Shown here: one piece after another, positions 38,329 through 50,615 of the stretch
Layout of the letters: every line of letters starts with the position of its first letter
Numbering within the stretch: the stretch's first letter is position 1
Assembly (NCBI RefSeq): GCF_002113885.1
Contig: NW_018480070.1
Coordinates: 248,001-312,000 of the forward strand
Length of the DNA stretch: 64,000 bases
Origin: Mizuhopecten yessoensis
Taxonomy: Eukaryota
Direction of reading: 5' to 3'
Notes under the pieces: generated by a model
What the model was told of the DNA's origin: nothing
Database searches by the model: none
What the model saw: the letters and a program-made list of their open reading frames with translations, nothing else
Program-made: the position numbers and the translations under genes

Positions 38329-39242
38329 ATGGAAGGAGTTGACTTGATGGCAAGGGATCCTAACTCCCTTAATGATCTTGTGCAGGTTCGTTTTTTGGAA
38401 TGCTTATCATTATTTGTTTTGAGCTACAAAGCCAAAACAGCCAAAACAGTCGCAGCACGTCAAACGTTATATGTAAACAGCGAGCAACTTTGATAATACT
38501 AGATATATTAACCGTCGAACAACTGTGAAATCTAAAATGTTTACAATCGCCTGCATTCTATTGTAGAGGTAGGCTGACAAACTGTGTCAGGCCTACAAGA
38601 CAAAGTATTGAAATAATTGAATATGTACTTTTTACTGAATGGTCACTTTGATGAAGTTACTGCTTGTCTAAGCCTACGTAAAGTAAATATTGCATATTAA
38701 AAGCTATGAAAGAATTCATAAACATATTCTGCTATTTCTTAGTATGTGCGGTGAAAGAAGAATTGCGGAATATTTAAGTGTACTATCAATCTATTGTTCC
38801 CATATCGTTTTGTTTTTTTAAATTGAATGTTTGATGTCTTTTGTTTTATAAATTAAAAAAATGCTCAATAACGAAGATATTCAAACTAAAATACGATTTT
38901 CTTTAACAGGTAGCCTTTCACGATGTGTTGGGAGAGCCGGACGGTACACATAGTATTGACTGTGTGTGGACCACCGCTCACACGTGCTTCACCTGCTCAA
39001 AGAACTGCTGCTACAAATTTGTCAGTACTTTGTGTGGCCTCTGCATCGCTGTTGCCTGGGGCTGTGAGTTCGCCTTGATCACCTTTGAGGCAGTGTGGTG
39101 CTTTACACCAGCTCTCAAGGCCTACTCAATAATTATGGGAATTAATCAGCGGTTCTTCGGTATTCTCATCAGCTGCTGTCTTGCTCCAATCTGTGAAACA
39201 TGTGGATTATGCTTGAGTAATATCTCAATGAAAAAGATGTGA
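38329..39242 (+). CDS. Caveolin D (129 aa); join(38329..38385,38910..39242)
   Basis: Exon 1 MEGVDLMARDPNSLNDLVQ|GTTCG; exon 2 (333 bp) VAFHDVLGEPDGTHSIDCVW...LSNISMKKM*; AATAAA at 39371. Confidence 0.95.
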
Positions 39243-39394
39243 AAACAATTGACAAGTGATAAAATATCTAAACTTTTTAATTTATATTTTATTTTCCATG
39301 CTGGAGAAGGTTATACCATCACATCAGCTGGACTTCATTCATTAGAAGAACATTATTATTGATATGGTGAAATAAACAACGATTGTACGTACAT

Positions 39395-39860
39395 TAATAA
39401 TAATAATGATAATATACAATATTTATATAGCGCCCTTTATAATTTGTAAATTTACTCTAAAGCGCTTTACAACATATGAATATAAGTAATAATTGTTAAG
39501 CAAAAACAAAGGCTTAAAATCACTTTACTACATTAAGGAAGCAAATAATCATCGCAATATGCATATAAATGAATAAATATAGGTTGGTATTTACATGACG
39601 TCTTTGCAAACAGCCTTAGGTACAGACGTGAACAAGTGAGTTTTGATGTCCTTCTTTAATTTGGCCTGGGTATTTGACTTTCTAATAGGAGATGGTAAGC
39701 TATTCCACAACGTGGTCGAAACCCTCCCAAAGCACTTGTTTCGATAGGTCAATGTACGAGATTTTGGGACACGCAACAATGACTCCGACCGCAGTGATCG
39801 TGACGGCTGATACAGGATAACAAGCTCTAGTAACGAAAAGCGTTTCCTGTGTGCTCTTGC
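39395..39860 (-). mobile_element. 5'-truncated L2/CR1-group LINE: ORF2 C-terminus and 3' tail
   Basis: Translation YQPSRSLRSESLLRVP...TLWNSLPSPIRKS...KKDIKTHLF is the typical L2-clade ORF2 terminus; 3' end GTAAAGCGCTTTAGAG...GGGCGCTATATAAAT followed by a (TTA)n tail. Confidence 0.85.
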
Positions 39861-40218
39861 GTACATGGTCCGCATGTGTCTTAAAGGAAGTCATAGTGAC
39901 AAACAATGATAAATGTTTGTGAACGAGAATGCATGTTTTCAATTCCAAGTTTGGAGTAATATAAAGGCAACACACGTTGGTAGTCAATTGCATGATTTAC
40001 TTATTGTTGTTTTTACACCAGAATAAACTATACTACATTGTGTTATCAATGTTTTGTTTTCTCTTTCTTGAATTTTAATATCTTATGTCACTGTAGTTGA
40101 TTTCTTGATGCAGATGGTCTAACAATTAACACATAACTAGGGTCACATTTACACGCTAGTCAGCATGCAAATCATCATATTTGATGAAGTGAGAGTTATA
40201 AAGCGACTTTACGTCAAT

Positions 40219-40443
40219 TTGGTTTGGTTTGTTTGAATTTTACATGCTATTAACAGATATGATCACTTCAGGACGTGTCAGGTTTTCGTAGTTGAGGAGG
40301 GAAGCCGTAGTTCCCGGAGAAAAAACACCGACCTGTGGCTAGTTCCTTGCCACTGCCCCACATAGATCTCGAACACACGACCCAGTGGTGAAGGGCTAGT
40401 GGTAGCAGAATATCAGACGCCTTTACCACTTGGCCACCGCGGC
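40219..40443 (-). mobile_element. tRNA-derived V-type SINE
   Basis: Minus strand: GCCGCGGTGGCCAAGTGGTAAAGG (A box), GTTCGAGATC (B box), GGTGTTTTTTCTCCGGGAACTACGGCTTCC (V-like), CAAAC-type tail. Confidence 0.8.
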
Positions 40444-40845
40444 AAAGCAAAGGAGCGTAGTATTGATTTTCTTAAATCACAAATGTCATTTAAATGTCAT
40501 ATGACAGCAAATCATGTTATAACAATGCTATCACAGCAATTACATGCCCTCTGCTGGCTCAAAATAAGTTTGTTCATATTTTATCGTCTACCTTGTAATT
40601 ACACGTAGACTTTTAAGTTACGTTATTTTATCCTGAGCAAAGCTCACATAATATTTCAAATATATTTTCGAATAAATTCTCTAATATCCGAAAACGGATA
40701 TGAAACAGATCTTCGATTTTCTTCTGAAATTTTAATTTTTAGCTAACTAAATCTGTATCGTTCGATTGTTTAGAAATATAGTACGTAGTTTCCGGGACTG
40801 TAAGCCATGGTTCTCTGTAGTCATCATGCCTGGGCATATAATATA

Positions 40846-41500
40846 AACAAGAGGTCCATCGGACCTGTATCGTTCACCTGTTATTCAATGCTGTTTGCAA
40901 AGTACATCTCATATCAGTGACCTTCAAATTAGACTAGTTGAAATACATATTAACGTACTCGATTTCAAGCAAGCTAGCTGTATATAGGCAAGCTATTATT
41001 TTTCTACGCCATATAAACCTCTGAGGAAATGTTTTAATTTTTATTAAACATATAAACGTTAATCGTAATGAAGGTGACTCAGTTTGAATAAACTTTATAA
41101 CCTTTAGTCAATATACTACTGGCTATTATATCATGACCTTGAGCCTCTGGAGTATTCAGACGAAGTTGGTCAAAGTTTTAAAAATATATAAACCTCTGAA
41201 ACCCCAAAAGACGATCAAGATTTTTTTAAACAAACTTGGTAGCACTTCATTACAACATACTTCTAGATAAATATTATGACCATAAGCCTCTTGGTAATTC
41301 AGAATAATTCTTTCAAATATTTTAGCTCAATTGATCATTGTGACTTTTAAAGTGTGTCAAGTTCCATCATTCAATCATGCTACTGGCCTAATTTTTAAGT
41401 GTAGTTGTCTTGAAAGGAAGAAGTTTTTTAAAGACTAGTTGATGCTGGAAGAACGGATGAAGACGAGGCGGGTTGCACCTTCTTGCAGATAAAGTAAAAA
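40846..41500 (+). mobile_element. Degenerate Helentron/HINE-like element
   Basis: Starts AACAAGAGGTCCATCGGACCTGTATCGTTCACCTG; two diverged internal units; right end approximate. Confidence 0.55.
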
Positions 41501-43751
41501 CCAGACTACGAATCACAAATGTTTTACATTAGATGCGCTAAGCATACATACTTTGTTTGATTTGGTATGCTTACGACTTCGACAAGTTTTTTGGCCAATT
41601 TGACCAAATGATGAATGAGAAGATAGTTTTAATACGAATTAAGTGAATCTTGAAAGTGCCTTATAGAGCAATATATGCCGATTTGTAAGGTGTAAATTAT
41701 TTGAACTATTACACGCTACACACCATAAGATTGGAATATTATTGACTTCCGGTTTATGCCGAATCTAATGATCGCCGATGTGCTCCTTTCCAAACCGCAA
41801 TAAACAAAATGTTTGTGAAATCTACCGTTTATTTATTGTAAACCTGTTTGTTTTTCAATGTGTGACACAATGTAGTTGTCAGTGATTTATTATCATGTAA
41901 ATATATATCGAAATATTTATCTGCAAACATAACATCCCAACACCAAGATTTAGGATTTATTTATGCATTACAAAAACGACTATTTAACATAGGTATGCTA
42001 AATTCATTTTTGAACCAGATGAAGATTTTAGCTATGCGACATATATCATCAATCAATGCATGATAGATCTTCCTAGGAAACAAGATATACATAGAAGATT
42101 CGCATTTCATAAAATAATTTAGGAAACGAATTGGGAATTTCTCATTAAAAGCAAGCTTTTGGCAAGTTAAAATATATGTTCGGGATGAGTTGTTTTCAAA
42201 TGATATAGGAATAAACACATGTAAGATTATGTTCATCACACAACACAGCAAAGAAATTCTTGCAAATATTTATGACAACAACCTTTTCCACGTGCGTTCA
42301 TGACACAGTTTATGCAATTATGTATGATAACACTGATATCAGGATATTTATTTGATAAACCTAAATACGGCACGGTTACCTTCCTCTAGATAAAGTGCCT
42401 TGCAATATCACTTAATGCTGTTAGGACATCTAATCAATGAATAGCGGACGTGTTTTAATAATGGAACCAATTTTATGTTTTAGTGAATTTTTGAAACGCT
42501 AAATATCTATAATAGACATAAATACATATTTGATGCAATGATTTATGACACGGGTTTAAATGTGTTCATTCCGTGATCTGGAGCAATACAAAGTTCAAAA
42601 TAGATCTAAGCTTTGTCGGTTTAAAATCTATGATACCATATTTGAAGTACATCGCACAATGAGAGCAGACAGATTTAGTTCGGCTTGTTCGTTTTTAGTT
42701 TCTATACCATGCAGAGCCAGTTTACAAAAAAAACACAAGTGACACAGTTCTGTCCACAAAAATACATATTTAAGTTTGTTTAAATAAAAAAGGTATATAG
42801 ATTATGTTTAATGTTTGGTTAGGGTTATAGAGTATATGCATTTGATTTCTGGTATTTAATTCCATTTAAATCGTCGTGAAGCTAACAATGCTACCGATTT
42901 GTGTTATATGTAGGATCTTCAAGTCAGTAACTCGATACGAAAAGTGTTACTTCAGTTAGGTGTCGCTCTTAGTGGTTATAATCAACTCTACAGCATGAGG
43001 TCAAATATGGTAAACATTTGTAAACATCTGAGATCAATTTCGTTCTTGTGAGATTTTCACGCAAGTTTTAACATTTCAAGCAGCATGTCAACTGTGCTGT
43101 TATATCATTTTTCAAATTTTCGAAAAATTGATTATTAATAATTCTTTATTTTTCACAAGGATTACAAACAGTCAATGGTTACAAGTTGATCTCCTCACAT
43201 GTTACACATAAATACATATTACAACAATTATACGTGGACTTCAGATATCAATTTCCGTACCGCAATCATCTGTGTTCAAACGAAATCACAAACACGTATG
43301 ACACAAACGCACACTATCATACACACTCCTCCTTAACATGATTATATTGTGTTTTAAAATATGGAAATAAAAAAACAAACAAATATATTGCTAAAACGAA
43401 GAATGTGAATTGAAACGACGACCTTGATAAAAGAAAAAAACGTACATTTGCTAATTGTTATCTATCATGGGAATTTCAATAGTTACATGTTAAAGTTCTC
43501 ACAAAACATAAACGTAGGACAAACAATCGTTTGAATGGTTGATCAAACGTATCTGCAGTTACATCGGACTAATCGATATCATTCTTTGTTGTCAGCCCGT
43601 AAATAAAAGGGTTTTAACAATTTCATTCATACAGACCAACAAAGCTTAAAACTCATGTTAGGCTTTCCTGTAGGAGACAAAAGGTAAGGCTATGTCTACA
43701 GAAGGCTTTCGTTAGGTCGTTACCAATGACGCCCGGTTTTTAACAAAAAAT

Positions 43752-43822
43752 GACCCTCCCCTTTCGTCAGTCTGACAGTTGTCAAGCAATTATCAATCGA
43801 CAAAAAACTGATAGGTATAAAA
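43752..43822 (+). promoter_or_regulatory. Caveolin E proximal promoter: GACCCTCCCCTTTC, TGACAGTTGTCAAGCAAT, TATAAAA
   Basis: The same three motifs occur in the same order upstream of F (47814-47898) and G, in otherwise unalignable sequence. Confidence 0.6.
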
Positions 43823-43902
43823 TCCAAACGCAGGACAATTTCGACCACTCACAATATAACGCTTGTCTTGTTCACCTCAGTTTTTCCAACAAACACAACA
43901 AC

Positions 43903-44869
43903 ATGTCGGAGCAGGATAAAGAGGTTGACTTGGAAAGCAGGGACCCCAACTCCCTCAACGGTCATGTGCAGGTACTTATTCGTGACTGTACATCAATAAG
44001 GGAAAATGTTATGAAACATTTTCTTAATAGACAAATTTCATAGGAAAAAATATTTATGGCTTCTTGACAGATTCTTGATTTTTAATTTTATCAATATTAA
44101 TTTGTCGATTTATTGGTTTAAGTGTTATATTGATAGTCATTGAGTGTCGTCCTGAGCTTGGTAGGCAACACAACGAAACTAAAACTTTCTCCTCTTAGGT
44201 TTTGTTATAGTGGTTATCACCACACGGATTCGAAATTAAGTAATAACCAACGATTATATTCATGAACGTATATAGAAACGCTCTATATATTATTAGCGAA
44301 CATGTCACAAATTGCTCAAATTTCAATAGTGCAATAATTCTTAAGTTGCTTGAAGTTTGAATAATTCCCTAGCAACAATGAAAACTTTAAATTTTCATCT
44401 TTTAATATTGCAGTCGATATTCATTATGCAACATAAAGTAAACTATAGATGTATAAGAAATACATTATTACGCATTATATTGCACATACATACATTATAT
44501 CACATCTTAATTTTATTTTATTCGTTATTTTGATAGGTTGTCTTTGAAGATGTCCTGGGAGAACCAGATACGGCACATAGTATCGACTGTGTCTGGAAAA
44601 ACAGCTACTCTTGCTTCAATTGTGGAAAGAATTGTTGCTACAAGTTCATGAGTACGCTGTGTGGCATTTGTATCGCGCTTTACTGGGGATGCGAGTTCGC
44701 CATGATCACGTTTCAGATGGTGTGGTGCTGTACACCCTCTCTCAAGGTCCATACCATCATGCTCGGCATTTGCCAACGTTTCTTCGGATCATGTATCCAG
44801 TGCTGCCTTGCTCCTCTCTGTGAAACCATGGGATTATGTTTCAGTAATATCACTATTAATAAAAAGTGA
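43903..44869 (+). CDS. Caveolin E (133 aa); join(43903..43971,44537..44869)
   Basis: Exon 1 MSEQDKEVDLESRDPNSLNGHVQ|GTACTT; exon 2 (333 bp) VVFEDVLGEPDTAHSIDCVWK...FSNITINKK*; AATAAA at 45087. Confidence 0.95.
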
Positions 44870-45913
44870 GGAGACGTTGTTTCATGAGTTTAGTAACTCG
44901 ATAGACTAATCAACCTACTTTGTGCTATATGGCAATCAAAAGACTGTGATACTGACTGATTTCGACAGGGATCTGCAATTGAGTCAATCATGTTTTTACA
45001 AACACTTGATACTTCTGGGAAATATTCAATGAACTATTTATAAATCATCTGTTAATATTCTAAAGACATTGCTGCATTTCTTTTACAATAAAATATTTGT
45101 TTATATATTTATTTATTTTGTGAATTTGTTCTCTGTGTAATACTTGCATGAATACATTTTTGTCGCCATTATCATAACAAACACGCTCTCCCTGGGTAAT
45201 ATATGAAATTCAAATACTATTGAATGAAGACAAAGGTGTCTGCGAGAATCGGACACCAAATCCCGTAAGTCCCCTTCAAACTTCGAGACGTTGCATTAGT
45301 TGTTTAGGTTGTTGCTATGGTGACCATCAGTGGATTACTCGTACTATGCCTATGTTGTGAGGACAATAGTAGTGCACGGTTCTATATCAAAGCAAACGAA
45401 TATTATATGTATTTAGAATTAAAATCTTTAAGCTAGCATATGAAACAATATGTTTTGATAACAATATACAATTACTTACTTCCCTTCCACTATTTCGAAA
45501 ATTATAGTGCATGTTTTTCAAGACATGCTTATTTCATCAACAAGACGTTTATTTGGTCTAAAGCAAATGGAATGCTGTTTGCTTACAGTCGCAACGCATG
45601 TGTTATTCCACCTAGAAATATTATTAACAGAGGTCATTATTTTTTCAATGGATTCGAAAAAAGGACCTCTTGTTTACCAGTCTACCGAATGAGCTATAGA
45701 GAAATTCTCCCAGGCCGAGTCGGTAGTAAGCAACATGTATTTTACCAAGGTGACAATTAAAAAGATATACAAAACAAGTGTTGTGTAGGGTTAGTTTTTT
45801 CAGTGAATTTAATATATAAAAACATTCTTAAATTTTTTGAAATAAGATAAAAAGGCTCTTGTGTGAAAAAAAGACAAACAAATACTTAATTGACAACAGA
45901 GCGCTTCTACATA

Positions 45914-46140
45914 GCCGCGCTGGCAATCTGACAATCTGCTACCACTAACCTTCTGCCACTAGATCGCGGGTTCGATGCCTACATTTTGTACGTAGGGCAG
46001 TTGCTAGGTATTGACCGTAGGTCGGTGGTTTTTCACCGGGAACTCCGGCTTTCGTCCACCACCAAAACCTGGAACGTCCTTAAATGACTCTAGCTACATG
46101 TATTAATAGGACGTAAAACAAATACACACTAAACCAAACA
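45914..46140 (+). mobile_element. V-type SINE (head partly deleted), same family as 40219..40443
   Basis: GCCGCG...CTGCTACCACTA...GGGTTCGAT...GGTCGGTGGTTTTTCACCGGGAACTCCGGCTTTC...AAACCAAAC. Confidence 0.8.
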
Positions 46141-46200
46141 ATATATAAAAACAAAGAAACAAAGAAAGTAATATTTTAGAACGTTGACAGTGAAATGCAC

Positions 46201-46387
46201 ATACTGTGTACCGGACAATTTTCGCCACAGTTTAATTTTCGCCTTTTTCGCCCTCCGTAATAAGGGTGAATTTATCATGAGAGCTAATATTAGACTACAT
46301 CATACCATTTATATTAAATTCATATGAAAGGCGAAATATACACCTGGCGAATGTTTGACTGAGCGAAAGGTACCCGCTATACAGTAT
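46201..46387. mobile_element. MITE with ATACTGT...ACAGTAT termini and TTTCGCC/GGCGAAA subterminal motifs
   Basis: Inverted termini; duplicate at 50676..50862 and an inverted relative at ~37.6 kb. Confidence 0.65.
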
Positions 46388-47813
46388 CATTTATTTCTAT
46401 GGTGTTACATACTACTATTGACCATTGTTATTAATCGTTGAATATTTGAAGAAAAGCTTTGTCAGGCCCAGCATCAATACATTTGTAGATCAAAAATACA
46501 TATATTTTAGTTGCAAGGCGTTGCATCACTAAGTGTTACGCATTAACACAGTTTTCAAATGAATGAAAGGTCTAGTATCAGTATTTGTAAAATGACATTT
46601 TCTTTCGACGAATTGTGTTCAAATGAAATCATAAATCGGGATGGAAGGGTGAAAATCAACGAACGTAAAAAGAGTGATAATGTTTGAAACTATGCCTATT
46701 ATGTACAATGCAAAAATGGGGGAATGAAAGAGGACCGGTTAAGAAATACATCGAATAAACTAATACATAACCGGCTAACAAGTTAACCCATTACACTGAT
46801 ACAGAACCGGCTAACAAGTATACATATTTCACATATACAGGACCGACTAATAGGTTAACCTATTACAATGCTTCAGAATAAATATATACTAATAAATGCA
46901 TTAAAATCAGAAAATACGATGACATTAGCATGTTGCCACATTACCAACTTTCAGTTTTTATAATTTCCTGTTTACTGGTCATAATAATCGTTTATTTGAA
47001 TTACCGTATTCTGGTTTGATGCCTGTATTTAATGTATTAAAATAAAACAATGTATTATTGCAAGATGATAATCTACCGTATTTACCCAGAATGTAGTATA
47101 ACTGTCAATCATTGATTGAAATTGCATGTAGTATAGTGTATTATACCATAAAGTACATTAAAGCGCATCTCATTATTCTATAAGATACATGTACCATATT
47201 GTTTAATACTTTAAAATACTTTAACACAATGAAATATTCTATAGAAACCTGAACCATATTGTATTCACTACAACATACATGAACCGCAATGTATTATACT
47301 ATACTATACGTGTACTGCATTGAATTTAACACTAATTTTATACATTCTTATAATGTGTATCGACTATACTAGTAGTAATACTTTAGTTAGCATGATACAG
47401 TATCCAATTCTAAAGAATTGACAAATTATTCTTATAAACCACGACCTGTGTCTATCATTGGCTATCATTGTCATTAGCTCAAATTTAATTTTAAAAAAAA
47501 TAGAAATCGTAATTTCACGCACATGACGTTTAAGACATTGTTAACAATATGGACGTCTATTTACGTTTGTTTCGAACATTCTTTTATATATCAAAACACA
47601 TCAGAGAGTAGAAAGTGAGTGTAGGAAAACGTCCATATTTAATTGCTTTTAAATATATAGACCGAGTTTGGTAGAGTGTCATTGATCTATAGTTTAAAAA
47701 CACACATATGCATTTTTCACATACAGCGAGTTGGTAACAGTCAGGAGCACTAAATTCCTGTTTTTAAAGACATAGCATAATGGCGTTTCCCTTGGATTCC
47801 ATTGAAACTTTAG

Positions 47814-47898
47814 GACCCTCCCCCTTTCAAATCATCCATTCAGATTTATAGAGACAGTTGTCAAGTAATCGGAGTATACACAACACAGCCGTATAAAT
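47814..47898 (+). promoter_or_regulatory. Caveolin F proximal promoter (C-rich box, GACAGTTGTCAAG, TATAAAT); copy before G at 52289..52373
   Basis: Motifs shared with the E promoter; TATA 83 bp upstream of the ATG. Confidence 0.55.
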
Positions 47899-47974
47899 TC
47901 GATTCTTTTTTCATTGTTCATTACTTGTAGTCATTCTCTTTATCTGTGCGGATAAGACGACAGTATATCCAGCC

Positions 47975-49344
47975 ATGGAGGAACAATCCCCAGTCGATCT
48001 GGAGAACAGAGATATCAACTCTCTTAATTCATCTATACAGGTATGTATCATTTGTTATGATTTGGTTTAATTAAATGTATACTACTAAAAGTAAATATCA
48101 TTACATTTTTGGCGGATGAATATCGAATTCTATCACTTGATCAAAACGATATCTTTTATCCAGGAGTTATATTAAAAGTGTGAATATATCACCTATACAA
48201 ACTCACTAATCAGAACGGCACTTTCAATTCACTTCATTCAATACTGCAGATTTTCTGTTCAGATACAGATGAAATGATGGTAAAATAAATAGTTGTTTTT
48301 TATACTTCTTAGTTAGACTTACGAAGGAATTAATTTACCTTTATAACTTTAACCATTTATTATATAAATCTCATCAAATAATAACACGAAACTGTAGAAT
48401 TTTGTCGAGTGGCTCTTTCACAACTACATGCAACCTTGTTGTCAAGCATGACGTCATTAGAACATGGCGGCAAAGTAGCGCAGTCATGTCTCAAAATATT
48501 TTGATACAATTACATTTTCGTCGTTGTAGGTAGTTTAAAAATGGTATTAATATAGACATTTAATTTTTTTGCGTTTATTATTAGTATATATATATATATA
48601 TATATATATGTTTCAATCATTTGGCAGAATAAACCGATATTTTCACTCATGAAAAAATTAAGTATTTTGCTATAATCGAAAACTATATATGTGATAATCA
48701 ACTGAATATCCTGTATTTATCTTCCTATGGCAATCTTTATGGAATGGTTTAAAGTTTTACAGTGGTTTAAAGAGTGGTGTTGATTTGCATTTGGAAATGC
48801 TAGGGACACATACTAGTGAACTGCTTAATACCATACCACAAGAACGATTAATTTAAGTTGATAAAACTTGTTCTTTCTTTGTTGTTAAAGAAGATACAAA
48901 AAGTAAATGACTTGCACCAGGGGATACGAAAACACACGAATTTGTGCATTGTTAGGATGTCCTTTCTATTTATATCACATTTAATTTTTATTTAATTCGT
49001 TGTTTTAATAGGTTGCCTTTGAAGATGTTTTGGGAGAACCAGATACGACACATAGTATCGACTGTGTCTGGAAAAACAGCTACTCATGTTTCAATTGTGG
49101 AAAGAATTGTTGCTACAAGTTCATGAGTACGCTGTGTGGTATTTGTATCGCGCTTTACTGGGGATGCGAGTTCGCCATGATCACGTTTCAGATGGTGTGG
49201 TGCTGTACACCCTCTCTCAAGGTCCATACCATCATGCTCGGCATTTGCCAACGTTTCTTCGGATCATGTATCCAGTGCTGCCTTGCTCCTCTCTGTGAAA
49301 CCATGGGATTATGTTTCAGTAATATCACTATTAATAAAAAGTGA
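47975..49344 (+). CDS. Caveolin F (132 aa; G/E chimera); join(47975..48040,49012..49344)
   Basis: Exon 1 MEEQSPVDLENRDINSLNSSIQ|GTATGT; exon 2 (333 bp) VAFEDVLGEPDTTHSIDCVWK...FSNITINKK*. Confidence 0.93.
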
Positions 49345-50388
49345 GGAGACGTTGTTTCATGAGTTTAGTAACTCGATAGACTAATCAACCTACTTTGTGC
49401 TATATGGCAATCAAAAGACTGTGATACTGACTGATTTCGACAGGGATCTGCAATTGAGTCAATCATGTTTTTACAAACACTTGATACTTCTGGGAAATAT
49501 TCAATGAACTATTTATAAATCATCTGTTAATATTCTAAAGACATTGCTGCATTTCTTTTACAATAAAATATTTGTTTATATATTTATTTATTTTGTGAAT
49601 TTGTTCTCTGTGTAATACTTGCATGAATACATTTTTGTCGCCATTATCATAACAAACACGCTCTCCCTGGGTAATATATGAAATTCAAATACTATTGAAT
49701 GAAGACAAAGGTGTCTGCGAGAATCGGACACCAAATCCCGTAAGTCCCCTTCAAACTTCGAGACGTTGCATTAGTTGTTTAGGTTGTTGCTATGGTGACC
49801 ATCAGTGGATTACTCGTACTATGCCTATGTTGTGAGGACAATAGTAGTGCACGGTTCTATATCAAAGCAAACGAATATTATATGTATTTAGAATTAAAAT
49901 CTTTAAGCTAGCATATGAAACAATATGTTTTGATAACAATATACAATTACTTACTTCCCTTCCACTATTTCGAAAATTATAGTGCATGTTTTTCAAGACA
50001 TGCTTATTTCATCAACAAGACGTTTATTTGGTCTAAAGCAAATGGAATGCTGTTTGCTTACAGTCGCAACGCATGTGTTATTCCACCTAGAAATATTATT
50101 AACAGAGGTCATTATTTTTTCAATGGATTCGAAAAAAGGACCTCTTGTTTACCAGTCTACCGAATGAGCTATAGAGAAATTCTCCCAGGCCGAGTCGGTA
50201 GTAAGCAACATGTATTTTACCAAGGTGACAATTAAAAAGATATACAAAACAAGTGTTGTGTAGGGTTAGTTTTTTCAGTGAATTTAATATATAAAAACAT
50301 TCTTAAATTTTTTGAAATAAGATAAAAAGGCTCTTGTGTGAAAAAAAGACAAACAAATACTTAATTGACAACAGAGCGCTTCTACATA

Positions 50389-50615
50389 GCCGCGCTGGCA
50401 ATCTGACAATCTGCTACCACTAACCTTCTGCCACTAGATCGCGGGTTCGATGCCTACATTTTGTACGTAGGGCAGTTGCTAGGTATTGACCGTAGGTCGG
50501 TGGTTTTTCACCGGGAACTCCGGCTTTCGTCCACCACCAAAACCTGGAACGTCCTTAAATGACTCTAGCTACATGTATTAATAGGACGTAAAACAAATAC
50601 ACACTAAACCAAACA
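50389..50615 (+). mobile_element. V-type SINE, duplicate of 45914..46140
   Basis: Identical copy within the 4475-bp duplication. Confidence 0.8.

Noticed and set aside
45440-50235. Identical 106-aa ORFs at 45440 and 49915
   Set aside because: Identity is due to the recent duplication; the homologous sequence near C (36100-36430) does not preserve the frame and the product resembles nothing I recognise.
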